Source: Felis catus (lineage: Eukaryota). Taken from it: a stretch of 64,000 bases of DNA. The notes under the pieces are model-generated. The model was not told the DNA's origin. It ran no database searches and saw nothing but the letters and a program-made list of their open reading frames with translations. Where the stretch lies: positions 11,224,001 to 11,288,000 of the forward strand of contig NC_058383.1 of NCBI RefSeq assembly GCF_018350175.1, in the 5' to 3' direction. The translations under genes were made by a program, and so were the position numbers. The first letter of the stretch is position 1; each line of letters opens with the position of its first letter. Below, in pieces: positions 50,740 through 60,825 of the stretch.

Positions 50740-51190
50740 TTAGGTGGATGGTGTCACAGTACGAATGCGGCTCGGAGGCAAGACCAGGGAGCAGACGGGT
50801 GATGCCGAAGTTGCTGCAGGAGATGTGCCCGAGGACCTTGCAGCCGGGATGCAGGAGACTTCTGGGTTGCGGACCAATTTGAGAGACGGATCGGATGTGG
50901 GGCGAACGGATCGGAGAGGTGCTTGGGCTGACCTGGTTTCTAGCTCGGGGCACTAAAACCTAAAGCGCGCGGACCCTCGACTCCACTGGCCTCGGCCCCG
51001 GCAGGAAGCGCGAGTCGGTGGCTGGGCGCAACACGTGAAGGCCCGGTCAAGTTCAGATGCCTTGGAAACTCCTCCGTGTGGCCAGAGAAAGCCCGTGGAG
51101 TTGAGCCTGCGGATTTGTTGGGACCTGGAAGCCAAGGAGGTTTGGGGTGACCGCCCGTATTGAGATGACCGGGGAGGCAGGAAGGATGCT
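50740..51190 (+). mobile_element. L2 fragment, CpG-enriched
   Basis: GGAGGCAAGACCAGGGAG, ATTTGAGAGA, TCGGATGTGGGG, GGTTTCTAGCTCGGG, AAGTTCAGATGCCTTGGAAACTCC follow the recalled L2 motif order. Confidence 0.6.
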
Positions 51191-51884
51191 TAAAATCAGC
51201 TTTCTCTTTGGAGCTGGCGCACCCGGAGGGGGTGGCCGAGGCACCTGTCTCCCCTCTGCCCTACTGGCATTGCCAGCCCATGGTCAGGATTTATTAGCTC
51301 TTACTCCCCATCTCCCACCTTACAGGGTGCAAAGCAGCTAAAACCCAAGTACAGACTCTGATGTGATGGAGGGAGGGATGTGTGCCTTCCTTCCTCCCGC
51401 CCCTCCCTGCACCCCTGCCCGCCACAGGTGACTCTGAGGGCCATGGGACCCTCCTAGGGCTTCTCTGTCCAGGCCCCACCCCAGCCCCCAGCCCTGGATG
51501 GCACCTCGTCTTAGCTGCTGCCCCGTCTTACTAGTAGAGAAAGCAGGACTCGAGGGGGGTGGAATTACTTACCCAAGGTCACCTGGGAACTGGGAGGCAC
51601 CTAATCATGGGCTGGGACTGTCCCTGTGAGGCACAGCACCTAGGACCGGCCTGTGAATCAGGGAAGGACGGGAGGAGGTCACCCTCCCACTGACAGAGGG
51701 ACAGAGGGACGGCAAGGAGCAGAGAAAGGGGTGAGGCGAGCCAGAGGCCGGAGCCTCTCCTGCAGCCCGGGTTTGCCAGCCTGGCCTGTTCCACACCGCG
51801 TCTGAGCTACAAGCCCCTCGGAGGGTGCCTGACCCTGGGAGTGGGAACTGGGGACCCCGGGGCTGGATCTTGCTATCTTCAAAA

Positions 51885-52420
51885 AAAAAAAAAAAATTGA
51901 AGTAATTTCCAACTTCCTGTTGCAACCATAGTATAAAGACCAACGATTAACATTTTGCCACATTTTGCTTCTAGCACGTACATGACCTTTTTTTCCCTTC
52001 ACCAGTTGAGGGTTAGTTTTAGACCTCATGCCTCTGACCCTTAAATACATCAGTGGGTGTATCAGAAGAGTAAACACGTTCTCCGTCAAAATGCAGTCGT
52101 CCAATTCGACTTGGGTACAATACCATTGTCTACTCTACAGACATATTTACATTTTGGCATTTTCTCCCCCAGACGGTCCTTCCTGGCGATCCTTTTTCTC
52201 CCTCGCCTGATCTAGCATTTAATCCAAGACGGTGTACACCGCGTTTACTTGTCCTGTGTCTGTTTTCCTTTCACCTGCACTAGTTCAACTCTCTGTCTGT
52301 CTTCTTCTCATCTTGGTACGTTTGAGAAGCTATTTTGGGGAATGGCCCCCAGGTTGGGTTGGTCTGATGCTTTCCAAGCAAGTTACGCCTTTGTGGCAGG
52401 AATAATAGGAGATGCATGAA
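51885..52420 (-). mobile_element. L1MC4/5-like 3' UTR fragment
   Basis: ATTAACATTTTGCCACATTTTGCTT, CCTTAAATACATCAGTG, GAATGGCCCCCAGGTTGGGTTGGTCTGATGCTTTCC. Confidence 0.7.
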
Positions 52421-52592
52421 ACAAATGAAGCTGGTGGCAAATAAAACTCTGCAAGATTTTACATTTTGTCTCATTCTCCGGGTCTTCTTGTGAACTAATA
52501 GCTCTGTTCCGCCCCCCCCCCCCGGCCCCCTTCCCCGAGCCGGTCAGGTGGTCTGTAGACGGGGCAGGGGCACTAGGGTACCAGCTCCTCAC

Positions 52593-52767
52593 CTGGCCTG
52601 CTCCCCTCCTCTGGGTGAGCCCACCTGGCCAGGTGGGCACTAAGTGTGCGATTCCTGATGGGCCCGCCATTTTCGGTTAAGACAACCATAGAAGCTTCTA
52701 GAAGCAGTAGGAGGCCCATAGGCTCACAGCAGGTCCAGGAGCCCTCCGGGCCTGGAGCCGCCCCCAT
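52593..52767 (-). pseudogene. Candidate ATG-bearing exon (MGAAPGPEG...EEGSRP), possible winged-helix-like N-terminus
   Basis: AAAATGG strong Kozak at 52767; CAG|GTGAGG donor after 52593 in phase 1, compatible with the phase-1 acceptor at 47901. Confidence 0.3.
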
Positions 52768-53088
52768 TTTGTGAGTATAATCACAGAGAAGTGGGTTGGG
52801 ATCTTACTCACCAAGTTTTGTTTACACAGCTACCCAAGAATCAGGCATTGGCTATTTTGAGCCACTGCATCCTGTTGGTGTGTAGTTCCGGGAGGAGGGA
52901 AGGTGTGAACGTTTTTGGGGGTGTGGGCTGCTTGGGCCCCCTCTCCCGCCTTCCACTCCCCCCCCTTCCCCTCCACCTGTCTTCTCCTTTTCTTGCTGTT
53001 CATCCGTGTGAACACTAGGTGGCAGTGGTCCCCCATTAATAACCCAGGGAGCCCCAGCCGCTGCAGCGCGTGCGCAGCGCAGGTGGCT

Positions 53089-53117
<29 letters not shown>
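53089..53117. repeat. Poly-C run (29 nt)
   Basis: Uninterrupted C tract. Confidence 0.9.
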
Positions 53118-53119
<2 letters not shown>

Positions 53120-53477
53120 AAGACAGTCTGGTGGCTTTTAGCTCTTTCCAGCCTTGGAATCCTGTCTTCTGGTGACATCTTTTTCCCACCCACTCTCAAA
53201 ACGTTGAGATACAATTCACATACCATAAGTGCGCCCCTTGAGAGCGTACAGCTCAGTGGTTTTTACTGCATTCACCGGGTTGTGTGACCCTTTTCTGCTA
53301 ATTACAGAACGTGTCACTCTGGTAAGATCTCACACAGAAGGCGGATATGGTGGAACAGGCTAGCCAGGATTTTTTTTTTCTGTTGCTCTGGCTGGGGAAA
53401 GAAGCTACTGCGCCCCTCACACTGCACGGAGAGCTGCAGAGTTTTGGGGCCACCCACCCCCTTGGAGACAGACGGTA

Positions 53478-54400
53478 CAAGAACACCGGTTCAGCGTGCT
53501 TCCCTCTGGTGCGGATTGCGGATGCTGTGTTTTTTTACAGCTTGATGGCTTGTGGCAGCCCTGTGTCGGGCAAGTCGTTCGGTGCCACGTTTCCAACAGC
53601 ATTTGCTCGTTTCGTGCGTCGGGGTCACATTTTGGTCATTCTCGAAACGTTGCTCATTCTTTTCGTTAGTGTATTTGTTATCGCGATCTGTGACCAGTGA
53701 TTATGACTCCCTCTCATCTCGATGATGGTTAGCATTTTTTTTACCAATAAAGTATTGAAAAACTTTTTAAAGTTATTTATTTTGAGAGAGAGCACAAGTG
53801 GGGTAGGGGTAGAGAGAGTGTGAAGGGGAGAGAGAATCCCAAGCGGACTCTGAGCTGTCAGCGCGGAGCCCAATGTGGGGCTCAAACTCGTGGGTGGTGA
53901 GATCATGACCTGAGCGGAAACCAAGGGTTGGATGCTTAGCTGGCTGAGCCACTCAGGCGCCCCACAAAGTATTTTTTATTTAAAATTTTTTCCAACGTTT
54001 TTATTTATTTTTTTTGGGACAGAGAGAGACAGAGCATGAACAGGGAAGGGGCAGAGAGAGAGGGAGACACAGAATCGGAAACAGGCTCCAGGCTCCGAGC
54101 CATCAGCCCAGAGCCCGACACGGGGCTCGAACTCACGGACCGCGAGATCGTGACCTGGCTGAAGTCGGACGCTTAACCGACTGCGCCACCCAGGCGCCCC
54201 GAAAGTATTTTTTAAATTAAGATCTGTCCATTGTTTTTCTAGACATAATGCTATTGCAGACTTAATAGGCTACAGTTTAGTGTAAACATAACTTTTACAC
54301 GCACTGGGAAGGCAAAAAAGCCGCTTGACCCGTTTTATTGCCATAGTCGCTTTATCATAATGGTCTGCACCCAAACCTGCAGTGTCTCCAAGGTAGGCAG
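53478..54400 (+). mobile_element. Internally deleted Tigger1 (Tigger1a-like) carrying two - strand SINEs (about 53757-53963; young about 53975-54200)
   Basis: TTTCCAACAGCATTTGCTC, CACATTTTGGT, GATGGTTAGCATTTTT, AGACATAATGCTATTGCA, GTGTAAACATAACTTTTA match recalled Tigger1 ends. Confidence 0.9.
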
Positions 54401-55337
54401 TCTTTGCTTCCCGCCCCTCCTTGGGTCTATGGCATCTGACGGTGGAGGGGAAGGGAAGGGGCATAACGTGAGGTAAAGGGCTTTCTCCAGGGCCTCCCTG
54501 TGGCATTTCCCTCCCCTGTCCCCGGAGCAAGTGAGAGAGCAGGAAAGGCTCGCTGGAGGAGGTTGAGGGCGGCGGTGGGGCGGGGGGCGCCCTCCCCGAT
54601 CCTGCCCTTGCTAAGCTGTGAGTCAGCTCGTGGACTCTGGCCCTGCCATCAGATTGGCCTGCAATGGGCTGGTGGGTTTATTGGGAAAAACTGACGTGGC
54701 TGCGGACCTTCCGGTGTAGGGAATTCTGCAGGGGCGAGACAATCCTCTCCCCCCCCGCCCCCCCCCCCCCCCCGGCCCAGTTCTCTGCGGCTCTGGGAGG
54801 AGACCCCAGGGATTCCGTGGCTAGCTCCACGGGGAGAAGGTGGAGGGGGACTCGAGCCTGGGTGTGCGAGGGGCTGGGAGCATCGCCCGCTGGCTGTCCC
54901 TCTCTCTGCGGCTGCCCCCAGCATGGAGCAGGCTGCGTGCAGCTTTACTTACACGCCGCGCACCCTGGGTAAACACAGGGCTGGCTCCGCAGTCCACGAG
55001 CCGCTCCTAGCGTTCCCTCAAGTTCAGCTGCGGCCATTGACTAATTCCGGCCAGGTGACTGAATCACTTCTGGGCCGAGGCAACGCCCGGCGGCTGCGCC
55101 TGCTCCGTCTCTTGGCCTCTGCCGGAGCCGCACCCGGACAGGCGGAGGACGGCGCGTGCTCACGGCGCATGCGCACCAGCCCGTGGCGTGGTGGGGGAGG
55201 GGGCGGGGGACGCCGCTGAGGGGCCTGGTGGCGGCGGCCGTTCCTCGTCCTGACCGACACCTGCGCCGCCTTTGCAGGGACCGCCACGAAGGACGAAGAC
55301 CCCATCCGAGCGGGACCCGCCGGCGGGGGGGCTGCTC

Positions 55338-55351
55338 GTTACCAAGGCAAC
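55338..55351. promoter_or_regulatory. RFX X-box motif
   Basis: GTTACCAAGGCAAC differs from GTTRCCATGGYAAC only at one central base. Confidence 0.6.
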
Positions 55352-55508
55352 CGCTCCTTCTCGGCCCCCCAAACACGGCAGAGGGGCCAGGGCCGTGGAA
55401 GCAACCGGAAGAGCGCCCTGCGGCCCCGCCTCGAGGCCCTTGGCGGGAAGAGGAGAAGACGAGCGGTGCCGGGACAGGACTGCGATAACCGGGAGCACCT
55501 GGAACGTG

Positions 55509-55970
55509 ATGGGGCCCTCCGAGAAGCCCCTGCAGGGGTGGGGTGGGGAGAGGAGTCCACGGAGCGTGGCCCGGGCAGCACACGCGGCGGCTTCGCCCTT
55601 GCTGCCCCTGCTCGGCGGGGCGCCCCTTCTGGCTCTGGAACCGGTTCCCGGGACACGCAGGGATGCTGTGGAGGACGCAAGGCCCGGCGGGTGGGCGCTT
55701 GGAGGCCCCCTCTCTGGGGCCCGCCCCGCCCCTCCGCGGCCACGCTCGGGCCCCGTGGAGCACGGGTGGAGCGCCGCCGAAGAAGCCCGGCCCGCTTGCT
55801 GCTCAGGCAGCTCTCGCAGGCGGCAGCGTCGTGGCTCCGGCGCGGGATGGCGCCCGTGGCCGCCGCGTCCCAGCGCCGAGGACGGACGGAGCCCGCCCAC
55901 CTCTTCGCCCATCAGCCGTGCCGTGGCCGCCAGAGCCACCCAAGAAGAGGCCACCGCGGTGGTGAGGAAG
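55509..55970 (+). CDS. Candidate coding exon 1 of an unidentified two-exon gene (154 codons, Gly/Pro/Arg/Ala-rich)
   Basis: GTGATGG strong Kozak at 55509; open frame up to a consensus donor AAG|GTGAGT (phase 0). Confidence 0.45.
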
Positions 55971-56155
55971 GTGAGTGCCCCTTCTCCATCCCTAGAGCGT
56001 GCCCGGAATCCCGCACGAGTGGGTCGGTGACATCCAGGTCGCCTCGTTCGCGTCGCCTGTGCTTAACGTCTGGCCGACTAGCGTCCGTTCTCTGTTCGCT
56101 GCTTGGGTCCGCTGCTGGGACTCGCTCCCTGCCCCGGAGCAGTTTGCAGCCTGGA

Positions 56156-56311
56156 GTGTGTGTGTGTGTGTGTGGGGGGGGGACGCGTGCACATGCATGC
56201 ACACACGTGCACACACCAGACACACGTATACAGGCGCACACGCATCCATGCTCACGTGCACGCGCTCCCACACGCACACACGTGCACACACGCTCGCATG
56301 CACACACGCAC
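56156..56311. repeat. (TG)n followed by a degenerate (CA)/(CG) alternating purine-pyrimidine tract, inside the candidate intron
   Basis: GTGTGTGTG... then CACACACGTGCACACAC... Confidence 0.85.
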
Positions 56312-56362
56312 AGAGTGCTGGGGAGAGTGCTAGCTAGGCCAAGGTCTTGCTCCTGCTCCCAG

Positions 56363-56458
56363 GTCAGAGAGAAGCTGGAGGACATCGCCTGCCTCTACGA
56401 GGTCTGTGCAAAGGCCCTGTGGGGTGCAGTGGTGAGGGCCTTCCTCGAGGCCCAGTAG
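56363..56458 (+). CDS. Candidate coding exon 2 (VREKLEDIACLYEVCAKALWGAVVRAFLEAQ*)
   Basis: Acceptor TCTTGCTCCTGCTCCCAG|G; phase 0 matches exon 1; codons end mostly in G/C; TAG at 56456-56458. Confidence 0.45.
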   Translation, partial: VREKLEDIACLYEVCAKALWGAVVRAFLEAQ

Positions 56459-56558
56459 CGGGAGGAGTCTGACCGTGGACGAGTGGAGACACAAGAGGTC
56501 GGCCCTGAAGGAGCCCAGCTGAGCTCTGGGTCGGGAGGGAAGGGGCCCGAAGAGGAAG

Positions 56559-56735
56559 CAGCTTCTTATTTGAGCAGCACCAGAACCGCCCAGAGAGCCT
56601 GCCAAAACCTGGAGTGTGGCTCCACCCCCCGTGTTTCTGATTCAGCGGGTCGGGGGGCATCACGAATTCGTTGGGTTTCCATACATTCCAGTGGAAGCTG
56701 GTGCCGCTTCGGGATGATGGGCTTGGAATCTGGAG
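56559..56735. mobile_element. MER5A (hAT-Charlie) remnant
   Basis: CACCAGAACCGCCCAGAGAGCCTG, CCACCCCCCGTGTTTCTGATTCAG. Confidence 0.7.
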
Positions 56736-57140
56736 GCTGGAGGCTCAGGAGAGAGCTGGGCTGTGGGGCGGGAGGAAGCTGGCGAGTGGTCGGGGTGGGG
56801 ATGGCTCGTCCGCCTGCTGTTGGGGGGGGCTAGTGGATGGAAGGAGGGGGGCACACCTACAACGGGGGACCGCCTTTGCTGCTGCATCACCCTCCCCGCC
56901 GCCGTCTGCTGAGGTCTCACCACGGGGCAGGCACGGCGCTGAGTGCCCGCTTCCTGTGCTCTGTCCACGTGAGAAGCGGGGTGACCACTGCACGGCTCAC
57001 TTTCTAAGGTCACGGGAGGATTAAATGCGACCTCGCCACACCGTGGTGGCTGTCACATTCCCTGGGGGCACAGAAGCCATCCATAAAAATCTGTTTTCCC
57101 CTTGGTAAAGGAGGCGTCTAACTCTGGTTCCGTCACCTCC

Positions 57141-57640
57141 TGTGGGAGGCAGGATAACGGTCCGCCTAGATGTCCGTGTCCTGACCCAGAACCCGCGGAT
57201 ACCGTAGTTTGCATGGCAGCGGGGGGGACTTTGCAGGTGACCGTGGTGAGGGCCTTGAGATGGAGATACCATCTTGGGTCATTCACGTGGGCTCAAAGTA
57301 GCCACAGGGGTCCTATATAAGGAAGGAAGGAAACAGGATTATTGGAGACAGTAAAAGATGTGATGGTGGGGTGGGGGGGGGTAGAGAGAGAGAGAGAAGC
57401 TACACTGAACTGGCTTTCAAGACACAGGGGGCGCCATGAGCCAAGGAGTGGAGGCAGCCTCTAGAAGCTGGCCATGCCGAGGAAATGTGTTCTCCTCTAG
57501 AGCCTCCAGAAGGAGCCAGCCCTGCTAACCTCTCGATTTTAGGACCTCTGACCTCCAGAACCGGAGGAGGGACAGGTCCCCACGGTTTTCAGCCATTGCC
57601 CCGGTAGGGACTTGTTACAGCAGTAACGAGAGGCCAATAC
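57141..57640 (+). mobile_element. MaLR solo LTR (MLT1D-like)
   Basis: TGTGGGAGGCAGGATAA start, GGACTTTGCAGGTG, CCATGAGCCAAGGA...GCAGCCTCTAGAAGCTGG, TCTCCTCTAGAGCCTCCAGAAGG, TTGTTACAGCAG...AATAC end. Confidence 0.9.
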
Positions 57641-58079
57641 CTCTTGGTTCCTCTGTTCTGCCTCCGTCTTCCGACCCTCTTCCTCTTTCCAGACGGTTCG
57701 GTCCACAAGAAACTTCCTCGGGGAAGCCTCCTTCATTTCCCCAACTAAATAAATACCCCTGCCCTCCTAGCTCCCCGAATGTTTTCGAACAGCAACATCA
57801 CGATCGTGGAAGTGCGTAAACGTTTTGCGTCATGACTGGTGAGAGGTTTCCTCACTGGTTCCAGACTCGGCTCCGAGAGGGCGCGGCTGTGTTCTCCCCA
57901 AATGTGTCATCAGCTGACTCTGCAGAGCCTCCGAGAACGGTTGGGAGATGCAGGGACAACCGGGCCTCCAGTTGTATGCACCGTTCTCCCGGGCGGGCAG
58001 TGCCGGGTGCTGGGGACAGAATGTGACCGGGTGGAGGGACTGGAGAAATCCCATCCCCATCGGAGGGGCAGGGAGAATG

Positions 58080-58355
58080 AACATAAAATGCGTGCAACTT
58101 AATTCACGGTTTCAGTAGTCAAATTCTTGGGAGACAGAAAGCAGAGTGGTGGGGGTGGGGGGACCAGGAGAGAGGGTGGGGGGTGAACGGTGAATACGGA
58201 CAGGGTTTCTGTTTGCGAAGACGAAAAAGTCCTGGGGACGGAGGGTGTTTACAGGGGCACAACAGCGCGAATGGATTAATGCCACTGAACTAGGCACTGG
58301 AAGATGGTTAAGGTGCTACATTTTATGTATGTGTATTTTGCCACGATTGAAAAAA
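58080..58355 (+). mobile_element. L1MB-like 3' end
   Basis: GAGACAGAAAGCAGAGTGGTGG, ACAGGGTTTCTGTTTG, TTAATGCCACTGAACT, TTTTATGTATGTGTATTTTGCCAC. Confidence 0.85.
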
Positions 58356-58361
58356 CCAGCC

Positions 58362-59055
58362 TGGGGCGCCTGGATGGCTTAGTGGGTTAAGCGTCCGACT
58401 CTTGATTTCGGCTCAGGTCATGATCTCATGGTTCCTGAGATTGAGCCCCGAGCTGGCCTCTGCACTGACAGTGTGGGGCCCGCTTGTGCGCTCTCTCTCT
58501 CAAAATAAATAAACAAACATAACAACCCCACCCTGTATCTAAAACAATAAAAAGTTTCTGCGGGACCCAGCATTTGTGTCCATGCACTAAAAGTCTTCAT
58601 TCTCTTAAAAAAAAAAAAAAAAAAATTAATTCATGGTGTCAGGCCATGCTGGGAGAAATGTCAAGAATGTTCCAGTCCAGTCAGACATGAAGAACCAAGG
58701 ACCTGCCCTGTCCCAACCTGGAGTTTCATGAGAGGGAGCTGCATTTCTGGGGGAGGGAGCTGGGGAGGTGACCCTCCTGGGGTCACGGGGGTGGGCAGGG
58801 CCTCCTGGACTCAGGGCCAGGCTTCTGAGGGGTTCCTGGCAGGGGAAGTTCTACTAGTAGGATATTTATTTAGGGGCATCTGGGTGGCTCAGTTGGTTAA
58901 GCGCATCTGATGCTTGATTTTGGTTCAGGTTGTGATGTCACAGTTGGTGAGTTCGAGCCCCGCCTCTGGCTCTGCACTGACAGTTCGGAGCCTGCTTGGG
59001 GTTCTTCCTCTCTCTCTCTCACTCGCTCAAAAGAAAGAAATAAGCTTCAAAAAAA
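58362..59055 (+). mobile_element. Two Can-SINEs (about 58362-58520 and 58873-59055)
   Basis: GGGGC(G/A)(C/T)CTGG heads and A tails. Confidence 0.9.
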
Positions 59056-59886
59056 GAAGGAGATTTATTGACCTCATTCTCTAGCTCTGTGGCAGGACCA
59101 CCGTTTTCACTTGAGGACACCAGGGCTCCACGGGGTTTGGGGTCCCAGAGCTGAGATCCCGCCAGCGTCGCAGGACTTCTGAAGTCGTTCGGGAAGACAG
59201 CTGGCCCCTGGGAAGGGGCAGGGGTGGCAGGCTGGGGACTGGAGGCAGCTGGGCCAGGGCCGAGGACCAGAAGGCCAGGCTGAGTCACCAGCAGGCCGAG
59301 CAGATACCGGGGGCGCTCCTGACAGCCACCAGGTGTCTCTCTTGATTCGTGGAAAAGGTCTGCAGGCTCCCTGTGCTCGGCTCCCGGGAAGACCCCGGCC
59401 TGCGGGCCTGCCGTGTCCCACGGTGGGGCGGGAGCGAGGGTCTGCTGTCCCTGAGCCGGGCAGTAGCTATCGGCCACATCCCCGTCCCTGCAGCCCTTGC
59501 TTCTGTCCCCACCACCAGGATGTGGGGCAGCGTTAAACGTGGCTGCAGGTGCAGACCGTGGGGCACGGCGCAGGCACAGCCCAAGGTGTAGTTCATCGTG
59601 GAGCGATGATCGTTCGGGACCCCCAAAGCTTTGGCGGGCCGGAGTGACCCGTCGGGCCTCGGCTGGGAAGGCGAAGATCTTTCTGGCACTTCCGCGGTCG
59701 AAAGAATAAGTGATGGACTGGATAGGGGCGTCCCTGTGCAGCTGGGCAGTGGGAGAGGCAGTGGTTTTTTTGGCTTAACCCTCCTCCTTGGGGCTGAGAT
59801 GGCCCCTCCAGAGCCCTTCTGCCCACTGCCTGACCTGGTCGTGAAGGGCTCCGCTCCCAGGCGCCTGATTGCAGGGCTCTCAGAGC

Positions 59887-59888
<2 letters not shown>

Positions 59889-59921
<33 letters not shown>

Positions 59922-59948
59922 CGTGTGTGCGTGTGTGTGTGTGTGTGT
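59889..59948. repeat. (TG)n microsatellite with CG interruptions
   Basis: About 30 dinucleotide units. Confidence 0.95.
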
Positions 59949-60277
59949 TGGAGACCCAGGCCTCCCATTTCCCCTCACGCCTCCCTCCCCTTCGCCACTG
60001 CCTCTCCAGCAGCTCAGCCCAGAGGGGCAGGATGGGGAGGTGGTGCCTGTTTCTCTCTGTTCTAGAAGGGCTCACTGTCTGCCCTGCTAATCCAGACAGA
60101 GCAGCCCAGCGGCACCCTGTCCGTCTGCGTAGACAGCCACATTTACGGAGGGCCTGCTGTGTAGATGGACACTGGGTCAGCTCCCGAAGGGTTGGTAGCC
60201 AAGTGGGGAGGCAGCACGAGACAAGTAGACCGGTAAATGAACCAGCATGTTTCAGATGGGGGGGCTGTTCCAAGGGG

Positions 60278-60324
60278 GAATAAAATGAATAAAATGAATA
60301 AAATGAATAAAATGAATAAAATGA
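60278..60324. repeat. 9-bp tandem repeat (GAATAAAAT)x5
   Basis: Five perfect units. Confidence 0.92.
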
Positions 60325-60669
60325 GGATGGGGCCCTGGAGAGGGAAGAGGAGAAGCAGGTGGGCGGGAAGATAGTCTCTGCCGGCTGTGACCTGATGGAT
60401 GAGAAGCTGGCCGGCCATCTGGGGGAAGCACACGGAACAGCAAGTGCAAAGGTCCTGGGGTGGAGGGGAGCCTGGCGTGTGAGAAGGCCAGCATGGCTGG
60501 AGCACCGTTGATGGGGGAGTGGCCCCTCATGAAGTCAGAGAGATGGCAGGGCCCAGCTTATGCAGGGCCTGTGAGAGAGTGGAGACTTGATTCTCACGGG
60601 GATGCACAATCTGATTCACTTGTGTGTGTGTGTGTTTGCACATGTGTGTGCTCGGGGAACAAACAGGCA

Positions 60670-60825
60670 GATGATGACGATAAATATTTATTGAGCACTT
60701 GCTGTGTACTAGGTCCTGGGCTAAATACGTCATGCGTGATCTCATTTTTAACTTGGGGCAGGAAGTTATGATTATTAGCTACCATCTACCCATTTCGTAG
60801 ATGGAAAAACTGAGGCAGAGTCTCT
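60670..60825 (-). mobile_element. MIR fragment
   Basis: ATTTATTGAGCACTT...CCCATTTCGTAGATGGAAAAACTGAGGCAGAG. Confidence 0.75.

Larger units (their letters stand above)
54560..56120. promoter_or_regulatory. CpG island / probable bidirectional promoter
   Basis: About 1.5 kb of very high GC and dense CpG with no recognised repeat; GC box near 54578, TGAGTCA 54619-54625, ATTGG 54653 and 54680, TGACGTGG 54692-54699, CTTCCGG 54708-54714, GCGCATGCGC 55165-55174, X-box 55338-55351. Confidence 0.85.

Noticed and set aside
55466..56458. 330-aa ORF and the overlapping 240-264 aa ORFs in the CpG island
   Set aside because: Non-ATG starts, very high GC, and read-through of a TG/CA repeat; only the last 31 codons are retained as candidate exon 2.
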